64,000 nt of DNA from Paragordius varius (lineage: Eukaryota > Animalia > Nematomorpha): contig OZ176052.1 in the NCBI GenBank assembly GCA_964247055.1, positions 6,014,001 through 6,078,000 of the forward strand, given 5' to 3'. Under the pieces are notes generated by a model. That model was not told the DNA's origin and did no database searches. It saw only the letters and a program-made list of their open reading frames with translations. A program made the position numbers and the translations under genes. Shown one piece after another: positions 15,101 through 31,161 of the stretch (its first letter is position 1; the number at the start of each line of letters is the position of its first letter).

Positions 15101-15203
15101 TATTTTTTATCTCAATCAACCATCTTGTTGTGATCGTAAAAACAATTTTCTTAAATCTTTCCATGTAATACTCGGTTATCCGTACGGACCTCCTCCCGTA
15201 TAA
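9110..15203 (+). CDS. KASH-domain nuclear envelope protein (Klarsicht/nesprin-like), multi-exon; 5' start uncertain
   Basis: Low-complexity exons from ~9479 to ~13490, then exons near 14670-14758, 14843-14897 and 15011-15203; C-terminus is TM + QPSCCDRKNNFLKSFHVILGYPYGPPPV*, the KASH PPPx signature. Confidence 0.8.
13606..14226. mobile_element. Foldback MITE with TA target site and 21-nt tandem subterminal repeats (intron of KASH gene)
   Basis: TA|CCATTTGCACTTCAAG...CTTGAAGTGCAAATGA|TA; GTTCAAGGACCAACTTGAACT-type repeats in both arms, in inverted orientation. Confidence 0.8.
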
Positions 15204-15713
15204 ATTGAACCAAAATATAGAATATATCCATAAAAGTTTTAATATTTATACATACCTAATAATATGTATCTAATTGATAACAAAATGTTTTGTCCGTATA
15301 AATATATATATATATATATATATATTAATATTCAATATATGCAATATTTCATAATATCACAATATTTTATTAGATTTCAACCTAATATATTCAAAAATAC
15401 AATATTTTTTAAATAATGTTTTAAATTTGTTTCTTTGGTATATAATTAGTGTATATCTATTTTAATTAAAAAATTACTTGAATCATATGTAAGGAACAGC
15501 ATTTTATGATACTCATTTTTATGTCCATCAAATAAATCAATTACTATAAATATGTGGTTAAAATTGTAAAATAGTTGATATTTAATTTGTAATTAAATGC
15601 TTTTATTTTTAATTGTATTCCAAAAAAATCACAATTCATTATGTCAAACAATATGTGTGTTTATTAAAACAATATATAAATATCTTCTAGAATATATTTG
15701 TTATCTATACATA

Positions 15714-16800
15714 CTAACTGTGACCTGCCTGCTTCGCTGTGACGTATAGTTGAAATTCAAATTAAAAATAAAATGAAGATAAAAAATTAGGGCAAATTAA
15801 GAGATAACAAGTTTTAAATAAATGAATAATAAAATGTTATTTACATTTTTTATTCACATATTAATTTAATCCTATCAAACAAATAAGCTCTCGGACAAAT
15901 ATTCATCATAAATTTAATATTATCCGCACACTAAGATTGGGTTCAAAGAATTCGACCACCCTTTGCGCATTTATTAATGAAATTTTATAAAAAATGGACC
16001 TACACTTTTTCATGAAAATTGCATGTGCTTTAATATATGGATGACTGTGGTCATGAAACATTTTACAAAAAATGTATATCGAGAAGGACGATATTTAACA
16101 TGTTGGAAATTTTTGCCTTTTGGGACTGACTATGGATAGAGATTTGTCTCTTAAGCGGTGATCCTATATGGGTAGGACTTAACAGAGGCGTCACTCAACA
16201 GTGTCTCGACCCTAATCAACTAATAAAATAAATATGAGGCCATTATTGAATTACATGTTGCTAAATTTTTCCGGTTTATTTAAAAACTGCGTTGGGCAAA
16301 AAAATTTTCCTTTATACGGAGAATATATAAAACCAATTTTAATTCCATATATAACCTTATAACTTTAGCTAAAAAAATCTTTAATCACTTATTTCACATA
16401 GCGGCGCATTGTACAGAAGGTATAGTTTAGCCCAAAGGCTATTCAAAAAAGCATGGGACAAAAATTTTTTCATACTGAAAACTAAAACTTATTGATTTCA
16501 TATAGTATCATAAGGTTTCCGTTAATTTGCTTTAAAACTTTTATATGGTAGAACATTTTACAGAGTTTGGACTCGTTAAAAGGGAAAGATATGGTTAATC
16601 CGATGGCTGCGGTCTACTGATCGACGCGTAGCATTTGGTTACCAACAATTATTTTCGTTATGTCATAAACTATATAATGAAATTTTTTAAACATAAAATT
16701 GAGTGTGTGAAAGAATTTCACTTCATTTTCGAACCCAAAACGACGAGAGCACATAAAAAAGGATTATAATATTTGGTTGATTTAAATTTTTTTATGTAGA
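15714..16800 (-). mobile_element. Degenerate Helitron-like element
   Basis: Minus strand ends in a GC-richer hairpin-like tract then TTAG|T at 15714; interior shares motifs (AAATTTTTGCCTTT, AAAAAAGCATGGG) with the array in 23348-25695; 5' end uncertain. Confidence 0.4.
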
Positions 16801-17070
16801 ATTTCAATTTTGACTGTATATTATATAACATTATTTTAATATTTGTTTATATTGTACCAAAGTGTCTTTTAAAAAGACATTTAAAGATATACTTCATGAA
16901 AATAAATGCAACTACAAGTTATATTTGTATATTTGACGGAATCAAACGGTGTAGGTTGGAAACAATTTTACAAAAAACCTGAAGGTCCTATCATATAAAA
17001 GTGGAAATTTATTCATTTAGAAATGTGGCGAGGGTGACAAAGCCATTTTTTAATTAAGCCCCTTAGTATA

Positions 17071-18054
17071 CCGTTTCCCAGTCAAAAATAACCTTTTCCT
17101 AGTCAATCGCAACATTTAGCCAATCAATAAAAACGTTTTCCCAGTCAACGAAAACGGTTTTATATGATAAATTTTAGATATAACAATAACTAAGAATATT
17201 ATTTTTATATAAACACAATTATTGTAATTTTTTTATTAAAGCTTTTATTTTAACTATTGAGAACTATAATTTGTATTAATATTCGGATCTAACCTAAAAA
17301 TATTTCTAGTTTCGGATGAAATAAAAAAATTCAAAAAAATACACCATTTTCATCTCTGGTTCATTTAACACTTAAACATTTAAAACTTGCGTACCATAAT
17401 TTATATAATGTAATTAAATTTTGATTAAATATCTTTTTTACTAAATTTTCATTTAACATTTTTCATTTAAAACTTTTTTTGTTTGGATTTTTTCCGACAG
17501 TATTTTTATCGTGAAACTTGAATTTTAACCAATTTGAGAAAACGTCCAACTTGAGATGAAAATGGTATATTTTTTAAAATTTATAATTTCATCTAAAACT
17601 ATAGATATTTATAGGTTAGCCCCAAATATTGATGCGAACCATCGATAAAATAAAAAAAAATAAAAAATCTTAAAAATATTTTTTATAAAAAATTTTAAAA
17701 ACATAAAATACTCATCCTTTACAAATAAAATAAAGTGTCATTAATGATTGTGTATTGGCCGATAGAAAAAATTATCCAATAATTGTAAATATATAAAAAA
17801 TAATATCCTTATTAGTGTGCTCTTAATGATTAAATATTTTTTTGTTTTTAATATTTATCATCAAAAATAAAATTGTTTTTATTGACTGGGAAAACGTTTT
17901 ATTTGGGAAAATGTTTCAATTGACTGGGAAAACGTTTTCATTGACTTGAAAAACGTTTCGATTGACTAGGAAAACGTTTCAATTGATTAAACGTTTTGTT
18001 AACTGAAAAAACGTTTCGATTGTCTGGAAAAACGTTTTTTTGACTGGGAAATGA
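17071..18054. mobile_element. Foldback MITE with TA target site and ~20-nt tandem subterminal repeats
   Basis: TA|CCGTTTCCCAGTCAAAAA...TTTTTGACTGGGAAATGA|TA; TTGACTGGGAAAACGTTT repeats; additional internal inverted arms at ~17280-17360 and ~17550-17625. Confidence 0.8.
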
Positions 18055-18163
18055 TATCACCATCCCATTGAAAATGTGGTTTTAAGCAAATATTTTGAAG
18101 TTATTTTCCGTATACTTGTAGGGCTTAAATTTAATAATTTAGCCCCTTTAGTCGCTCCGTTAA

Positions 18164-18716
18164 TACTTCGATTCAAATTGGAGTATCTAAATAGCCTATA
18201 CTATATTTAAGTTGTTATTTTCAGAAAACTTCAGAAAGAAACGGTTTCCATTTTAATTTATGCTTCTATCCCAATAAAAAATTAAATAAATAAACCGAAA
18301 TATCCAAATAAAATTTAGTTTTGAAAAAAAGTTGCATAACTTCGGCGCCAATTTTATTTTACAATATTTTTACAAAATATCGTGTTTATAAAATTTTAAA
18401 GCTAATTAAAGCTATTTTTTTATTTAAATCACATCCATTAATATAAAAAGAAAACGTGGATATTGTACTGTTTTTTATTTTAGCTAAGGCACACATGTCA
18501 GTTGATTAAAGTTTTACCTTGAGATTTACCTTAAAATAAGTAATTTTTGAATGAACTTTTTTTTATAATTTGGTTTATTAATGTTATATGAGTGCAAATT
18601 TTTGCCATGGTTTCAATTCATTCCATATTTTTTGAATTATTTAATTTTAAACAGGCCTGGGGTATTTAACTACCCCATTTAAATCCTGGGACTGAAATGA
18701 ATATGTTGTATCAGTG
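18164..18716. mobile_element. piggyBac-like MITE
   Basis: Similar along its length to 51785-52338; starts after TTAA; subterminal inverted repeat TTCGATTCAAATTGG / TACCCCATTTAAATC. Confidence 0.65.
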
Positions 18717-19219
18717 TTTTCCATTTTTTATATAAACTGAAACTATTCTTAATTATTTTAAGGTATATTTTATAAAGGGAAATAGATTCATTAATGGCTA
18801 CACTTCTTTGTGTTAAGTATGGGTAGGGCTCCACTCTTATTAAAATACACTTCGAAATAAAAATAATTTAAAATGCTTTTTTATGGCCCTTAATTATTTT
18901 TATATTTTGAGATATCTTGGAAATAAAGGTACAAGTAAATATTTGCCATTTAGTCAAGTGTAGTGGTTGCAATGATGTGTGTATTGGTCAGAAATGAAGT
19001 TGTATTAATCTCACAGACACAAAATTGATTGAAATACCGTTAATTAGACAAAGAAGAAAACAATTTTAAAAGAAAGGTATGAAGCAAAAATAGAAGAAAT
19101 TTTAATGCAACGAAAAAATAAATAAAGTTAATCCAAGGGCAATTTGTACTTATTTGTTATGCTTCCTTATTATTATAATATATTATAATTATAAAATTAA
19201 TTGTAAGACTTCCGTTTAT

Positions 19220-19480
19220 TTTAAGAGGCCTAGGCTATCTAGAAGAGTAAAAAACTTCGGAGCATAAATATAAAAATGAAATTTTTTTGAAAATATTGTT
19301 TTGCTCTTTATATGTAGTTAATGATATATTTTAAATATATTTTTTGGGATGAAGTCTCTAATTTTCACCAAAAATTAAAAAAATGTACGCAAAATTTTCC
19401 CTTTCCTGGTATGTGGCGCTTACCACAAAAGTGTAAATAACCTTCTTAGAATACTCGTAATGGTCAAAACCGAATGCCTG
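19220..19480. repeat. Dispersed repeat family, unclassified; related copies near 4240-4480, 25940-26190, 49270-49520, 53280-53470 and inverted near 48600-48730
   Basis: Shared motifs such as TAGAAGAGTA..AAA, GAGCCCACATCTAA and CTTACCACAAAAGTGTAAATAA recur at these positions. Confidence 0.5.
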
Positions 19481-19916
19481 ATAATCCTGAAACATTTTAC
19501 TATCAGATATATATTTTATCAGGTTAATATTTTAGTCCCCAAATTTCAGATGCGGTGCAATACATGAGAAAAAGTTTGTAATTATGAAATAACTTTTACT
19601 ATAATTTATTTTATATATTTAACTCTGGGATATAAAACTACCCCAAAGGTAACTAGAACAAAAAGTGAAAAGGTAAGGAAGTTTTAAAAATAATTTATGC
19701 GCCTAAAGAGCTAAGGAAAACATATTTATAAATTTAGCCAAACACTTTAATAATTTTTTATTCAAATTGTTCTGGGATATAAAACTTACTATAAATTGGG
19801 ATATTAAAAATATTTTCTTTCTGAACTTTTATATCTTAAAAAATTAAAAATTTTTTTAGATTATAAATATACAGGCCTTATTAACCTTTTTCAATTAGTT
19901 TACCGCATTATTGAAC

Positions 19917-20291
19917 ATGGCTTTACGAACTCAGCAAAAGGTGCAAAAAGTTTTAGTTCAGCCAATAGTAATCTATTTTTAATATTTTAGAATTTAATTT
20001 TTAGATATTTGCAACAAGTATTATTAATTATAATTATAGCGTTCGAGAATTCAAGTTTGGATATACGAAAATGTAAATTTACGATTGGAAGGCGAAATTA
20101 TTGTTAGTTTATGGCTAATTTTTAGGGATTTGATGAATATATGAATTTAGTTCTTGACAATGCTGAAGAAATTAACGTTAAAACAAATGTTAGAAAAAAC
20201 ATTGGTAAATTTTTTTTAATATTTAGGTCGCATTCTATTGAAAGGAGATAATATTACATTGATACAGAATACTCAATTGCAGCCAAATTAA
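19917..20291 (+). CDS. SNRPE: Small nuclear ribonucleoprotein E (SmE), 5 exons
   Basis: Spliced product [62 protein letters not shown]...[14 protein letters not shown]; four GT-AG introns of 22-23 nt. Confidence 0.97.
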
Positions 20292-20790
20292 TTTAATATG
20301 CAAGATATACATAAATTTATTTGTAAATATTTAATTATAGGCATTATTTGACTTTTAGGCCTTGCAGTTTACGAAAATATTAATTAAATTTAAATTATTA
20401 TAAATAAGCAATCAAAACATTAAAATAGCATCTAATGAAAAGCACTCAAATCTTTTATTGCATTGCTTAAAGTCTATTAACCTTAGGGGTAGGTTAAATC
20501 TGTTCCTATACATCTGATTCTGATAACTTCTATTAATTTTGATGATCAAAGAACAAAAATTTAGTTTTTTTGGAACTTTGGCAATGTTACCTCTAGAACG
20601 AATAACACAGCCAACCAGGTCTAAAAATTGAAACATGAATTAGGCCAAGAAATATTTATCGAGAATCATGTCTTAAAAATTAATATATTTTATACAAGAA
20701 CTTTTGTTTCGATAAAATTTTCATTTTCAAAAATATTATTTTAACAAAAAATTGTAATAAATAAACCTGAAAAATTATATGTGTTTCATT

Positions 20791-21838
20791 TAGGGTTGTG
20801 ATTTTGACCCCCTTTTTTTGAAAAAGGGGGTCCGACCTAGGTCATACCATATGTTATTGCCAATAATAAATAACTACATACATAAATACTTGATTAAATC
20901 ACATAGAAAAGGTTTTTACATAAAGTATATATTTTAAAATTATACTTCCAATCCTGATAATTTAAATTTCTACAATTGACGATCTTTGGAATCATACATA
21001 AAGACTTATAAAAAGTTTCAAATCACAGAAAGCTAAGACTAACAAGAAAATATGGATTTATTGAAACCTATTTATGCTCTAATTATTTAGATTGTGTAAA
21101 AACGAGTCTTGTCCATGAACTTAAAGTTAACAAAAAAAAATTTATACTTGGAAATTTCTTATACGATTTATTAGAATATATAATCGTTCTCACTACATTT
21201 AAAATTACAGTAATCTTATTAAGTTTAATATATACTTTGATCAAATTATTTAAAATATGATATTGGCATTTATATTTAGGATATTCTTTATTAGTCAAAT
21301 TAGCAGCCTTCATGTTCGCTGCGGTCACAATGACATTAATTTTTTAACGAATATCTTTTATTGGTTTCATTATGTTATAGATACATTCGGCAGTCTTACT
21401 ATGATAAGATGTGTCAATAGTCAATAAAAAATGATTTTGGGATCCTTGGCCAATAAATAATATTAATTTGCTTCCTACGAATATTGGTAAAGGGATCGAC
21501 GATTAATGAAATATTATTTTTACATATTCCAATAACTTCTATTTTTATATCTTCATAACACAAATCTAGTAATTAATTGATATGTTTTTTATTTGGAATA
21601 GCATAATTAGGTTTAAACTATGAATGAAACTTCGTAAATGTTTATTTTCAACTATGTTAAGAGTTGAGGATGTAAAAATAAATTTTGCTAAATGTTTCTG
21701 GCTAATTTCTCTTAAAAACAGAAATTTTTAATACTAAACTTAAGAAATTGAATAATTAGCTTGCTTTCGACCATCACCCTCTGCCATATAATTTATTTCA
21801 TGAACTTCTTTTAGATGTTTCCTCATTCGGTTTTTATT

Positions 21839-21873
<35 letters not shown>

Positions 21874-22148
21874 TAATTGCATTTCTTGCATGTAACTTGA
21901 TTTTTTTCCTCGAAAAATTTCCACAAGGCTGATTTCATTATGATTTAGGAAGTAAAGAAAAGATGTGTATCATATGATGAACAAAATAATACATATATAG
22001 ATAATATAAGTTTTTTTTGCTAAAAATTGTAAAATTAAAAAAATAAAAAATTAAAAAAAATTGACCTAGGTCATTTTTTTTCGTAGTCATGACCATGGTC
22101 ATGACCTAGGTCATGACCCTAGGTCATTGACTAATGGGCACAACCCTA
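20791..22148 (-). mobile_element. Decayed hAT transposon (BED zinc finger and DUF659-like remnants)
   Basis: TIR TAGGGTTGTG/CACAACCCTA with perfect 8-bp TSD GTTTCATT; minus strand gives LWKFF..CKKC..RKHLKEVH and VT(A)ANMKAA; (AT)n run at 21842-21870 interrupts the BED finger. Confidence 0.85.
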
Positions 22149-23347
22149 GTTTCATTTAGTATATTTTAAGATTTTAATGAAGATATACGATTTTTGAATG
22201 ATAAATATAAATATTGGTAATAAAAAAATCAATCATACTTAATTTGATTTGTAAAATTTAGAAACGCAATATAAATGTCCTAAAACCACTAGTAAATGTT
22301 AAAAGACAACTTGAAATATTCAAGGTCATTTTAACTTAAACTGCTAAAAAGATTAATAAAGCGCTTAACACAAAAACCTGGATAGTCTCAACCAAATTTT
22401 AATACATATATTAAGATTTTTATTTAATATGGTGTCACAACATTTTTTTTAAATCTCTTATTGAGAAAAACATGGGAAAAAAACTTTTTTAAGTTTAAAG
22501 ATGCGAATATGCAACCACGGCGGTTCTCGTTATTGAAACCGGAACTCGTTTGAGAAAATGATACCATGAATAGGCCCCAGCTTAGGAATCGATGACTCGC
22601 AAGCACCAAACTAAAAGTATCTGTTAAATTGATATAAATTATTAGGATATTTTCGTGGCTATATATACAACATTTTTGTATTCACTAAAAATTAAAACGA
22701 TCAAAATATTATAAATGTAATTATAAAGCAATTACCTCATTGTATTGGTCATAAGTATATAAATTCACACATTCTTTATTTTTTGCAGCATTTGGTTTAT
22801 TTATAATTAATTTATTAAGTCACCATATAACAGTGGCCACAAAAAATCTGATGAAAAATATATATTATCATACGGAAATGTATCTGTATCGATTCTGACC
22901 CTTACGTGATATAAGAAAGTTATTTAACTTTTGTAGAAACTGCTCCATATCAATAAATGGCAAAAATGGACATTTTTAAAAAAAATTTGGTGAAAGCTTA
23001 ATGTTTCATTTCAAAAAATATCACTAAATTATATCATATGAGTACATTTAAAAAGAATACATTATATTTAAACAATCCTAATTTTTAAAAGTTCCAAATA
23101 TTTTGCTTTTTTAATGAACTAATTCGCTCAAAATCAACGCAAATTCTTTTTCTTTTATGCCAAAATTTTGATAACAACCAAAAATTAAAAAAATATTTTT
23201 TCAAAATTAGCAAAATTTTGTTGAATATTACTTTATGCTGTTTAAAGGCATAGTGTAAACGGTATAACGGGCCAAACTGAAAAAAAAACATTTGTCTATA
23301 TAATTATATAATAAATGATTTTATCGCTTCAGACTTTTATGAAAATA

Positions 23348-25695
23348 ATAGCGTAAACCTCGGGCTGCATAGCAGCTCGAGCAAGTTCTTTGGCTCAGGA
23401 AGGGGGGGTGCGATATTTTAAAACAGGGCTCAACGAAATTGCGATCCATATATGTGGATTATTTTGGAACATTATTTAATAGTTGTGATCTCATAGGATT
23501 TTCAAAACTGTGCATTCATACTGATATATTGTTTACTGGTGTGAAAGCCCCAATCGACGGCCAACGGAACAAACCGCTATACTATAATTTTTCCTTTTTA
23601 TGGGTATTATTAAAGCCTTGAACTTGTAAGGCTTCCTAAATATTTTGAAAATTAGCCTATAATTACGCCATCTTTGTATTGCATCTCTGTTTTAAACGGA
23701 AAGACCTCTACCCATAGATATGGAAAAAGCGCTGAGTTAAATTCTTTGCCTTTATAGGGCAAATATTTGGAATCATCTTTGATACCATCATCTCATGGGT
23801 TATTTGAAAAAATACCTCACCACTAAATAATCGTTATATGATGGCGTATCTTTAAGGCATAAAGGCCCCAAATTAACTGCTAATAAAAAAGGCCGACCTT
23901 AATTTTAGTTACGGTTAATATTTCAAGCTTTTAAGCTCATATGGCTTCATAAGTTTTTTGTAAATTAGCTCCAAAACAAGGCAATTTCTATGCAGTGGCG
24001 CAGTTTTTGGCGGATAGCTCCTTACCCATGGGCAGGTATAAAAAAGCATGGGGCAAAATTTTTGCCTTTTATGGGGAATGGAATTATCATGGATTCCATC
24101 TATAAGTTCTTTGGAATATTGCTTCAAAACCAAAAAAATATTCTATGGCGGCGCATTTTTCAGGGCGTAAAACTTTACTTAGCGACTAAACCCCCTATAC
24201 TAAAAAATTTGTTTTTTAAGGGGTAATAAATATTTTAGGCCCTTATTGAACTCGCATTGTTTCATAGGTTTTATGAAATTTGGCTCCAAAGTCATGCTGT
24301 ATCATGGTGAACGCAGTTTTATGCGGGTAGCCCCTTAATCAGGTGCCTTAAATCGGGTAATACCTGGAATCATGGTTGATTCCATATGCTCTCATGAGAT
24401 TTTCGAAAAATTGCCTCAAAACCAAAAATTTAATCTATGGCGGCGCATTTTCAGGACAAGGACCTAATTAAGGGATAATTTAATAAAACCGCCCTACTTA
24501 AATTTTTGCCTTTTTACGGGTAATATTTCAAATCCTTATTGAACCCATATGGTCTGATAAGTTTTCTAAAATTTTACTCCAAAGTCACGCTGTATTCATA
24601 TGGTGGTGCAGTTGTAGGCGGGTAGGCCCCTACCCAGAGGCCAATTTAAAAAAGACGTTTCATAAAATTTTTGTCATTATAGGTACCTGGAATCCATCAT
24701 TCATTCGATATGTTCTTAATATTTTTTTATAGAATGGCTTCCAAACTAAATAATATTTGAATGATAGCGCATTTTTAAAGGCGTAAAGGGCCTAATTAAC
24801 AGCTTTTTTAAAAAACCGCTCGACTTAAATTTTTGCCTCTTTACGGGTGATATTTCATGCCCTATATTATACTGAAAATTAACTCCTAAACAAGGGTATT
24901 TCGATATGACGGAGTTTTAGACGCTTGGCTATTACACAGAGGGTTATTCAAAAAAGCGCTTGATTAAAATTTTTGCCTTTTTACGGAGAATACCTGTAAT
25001 CATGATTGATTTCATATGCTCTCTTGGGAAAATTGGCTTATAACTAAAAAATTATTCTATGATGGCGCATTTTTTAGGGCGTGAAGGGCCTAATTAATGG
25101 CTAATTTAAAAAAAAGAGACCTAAATTTTTGCCTTTTTATGGTTAATATTTTAAGCACCTATTGAACTCATATGGCCTGATAGGTTTTCTGAAATTTAGC
25201 CCCAAAGGCACGCTATTTCGATATGGCAGAAAAGCCCTTCTAAATTTTTGCCTTTTAACAGGGAACACCTGGAATCCTTATTAAATTTTTCTGTCTCATA
25301 TGGGCAAAAATAGATTCAAAAAATAATTTTTTTGGGACTTAATTTATTTTGAAAAAAATGGCAATTTACGGGGGTAAAGAGTAAAAAGAGGGACTAAATT
25401 ATAAAAGCGAGCCGACTATGTTCAGCATCGATAATAAGTAAAAAATAACATATTTGAAATTAAATGGTCCAACACGTTCCCCGGAAAAGACGATTTTTGT
25501 GGATTTCTGTTTTCAAAAAAAAAACATTTTTCACACGGGGTGGGCCAGAATCGGGGGCCTAATTCAAAAAAGGGCGAAGCTATTGGGGCATTTATTAATG
25601 ATTATATTTTTTCGACATTAGGATTTGAATGGACCTACCGATTTTCCGAAAACAGATCACAAAGCCAGCATTTTCCATTTTTATAAATATATAGA
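23348..25695 (-). mobile_element. Non-autonomous Helitron-like element (long form with internal tandem array)
   Basis: Minus strand starts A|TCTATATATTTATAAAA and ends hairpin + CTAT|T; both ends are reverse complements of 1560-2151. Confidence 0.8.
23570..25330. repeat. Diverged tandem array, ~300-bp unit made of two ~150-bp subunits
   Basis: GGCGCATTTT-like motif recurs near 23845, 24150, 24440, 24770 and 25065; AAATTTTTGCCTTT motif recurs about twice per unit. Confidence 0.7.
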
Positions 25696-26466
25696 TGATT
25701 TATTTCTCTTCAAATTAATGTTCATAAATTGTGTTTTTACAGGCACCATAATTTTAAAGCAAACGCCTAATATTTTATCGGAATAATAGACAAGTGCTTA
25801 ATATTTCAAAGCATTTTTATACCCTTTCCACGATGCCCAAATATAGTATGAAGTATGTTTCAACAAAATGCTATAATTAATTTTTGAAAAAGTATATATT
25901 TTTTTTAAAATATTGAAATTTAGCATATATGTAAAGGTTCTCGAAATCTCACCCATATTATAAGATCGAAAAAAATTTGGGACTTTTGGAGTCCACATCT
26001 AAGTTTTTTACAAATATTGTTTTGCTTTTTTATGTACTGCAACAAGCATTTATCTTTCCCAAAAAAAATTATCTAAAAATGTGTGCATAATTTCGCCATT
26101 TTCTAAGAGCAGTTACTTCAAGAGTATAAAAACTTTCTTATATTACTTGTATGGGTCAAAACGAAAAGCACCATTATAATACTGATTTTACTGTAGTAGT
26201 TCGAAAACTCTAATTTAATATCTGTTTGCCCAATTTTTTATAGTTTTTTTGGCATATATCTTTTACCCCGAAATTTTTAACTTATGGTACTAAAATCAGC
26301 ACAAAATTTATTTTAAATTATAACCGAGTATTTTAATATTTTATTAAAAACAATTTTGGAAAACATTTTTTATTATGTGTTGCATGCACCATAAAAAAAT
26401 TATAAAAATGATAACATAAATAATAATCACAAACTTATTTTTTATTCTTGTTATCTGTTTTTAAAG

Positions 26467-31021
<4,555 letters not shown>

Positions 31022-31161
31022 CCTGGGTCACTTGTAATATGCATTTAAATTCAGGTCTCAATCCACAAACATTTGCAAACAACAACTATGCATTTATTTT
31101 TTATATTTTAAATATAAAAATTGTGAAATAATAAATTATTTATATATATATATTTCTTTGA

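Noticed and set aside
18940-19140. Possible Penelope GIY-YIG remnant (VKCSGCNDVCIGQ)
   Set aside because: Too short and degraded to support
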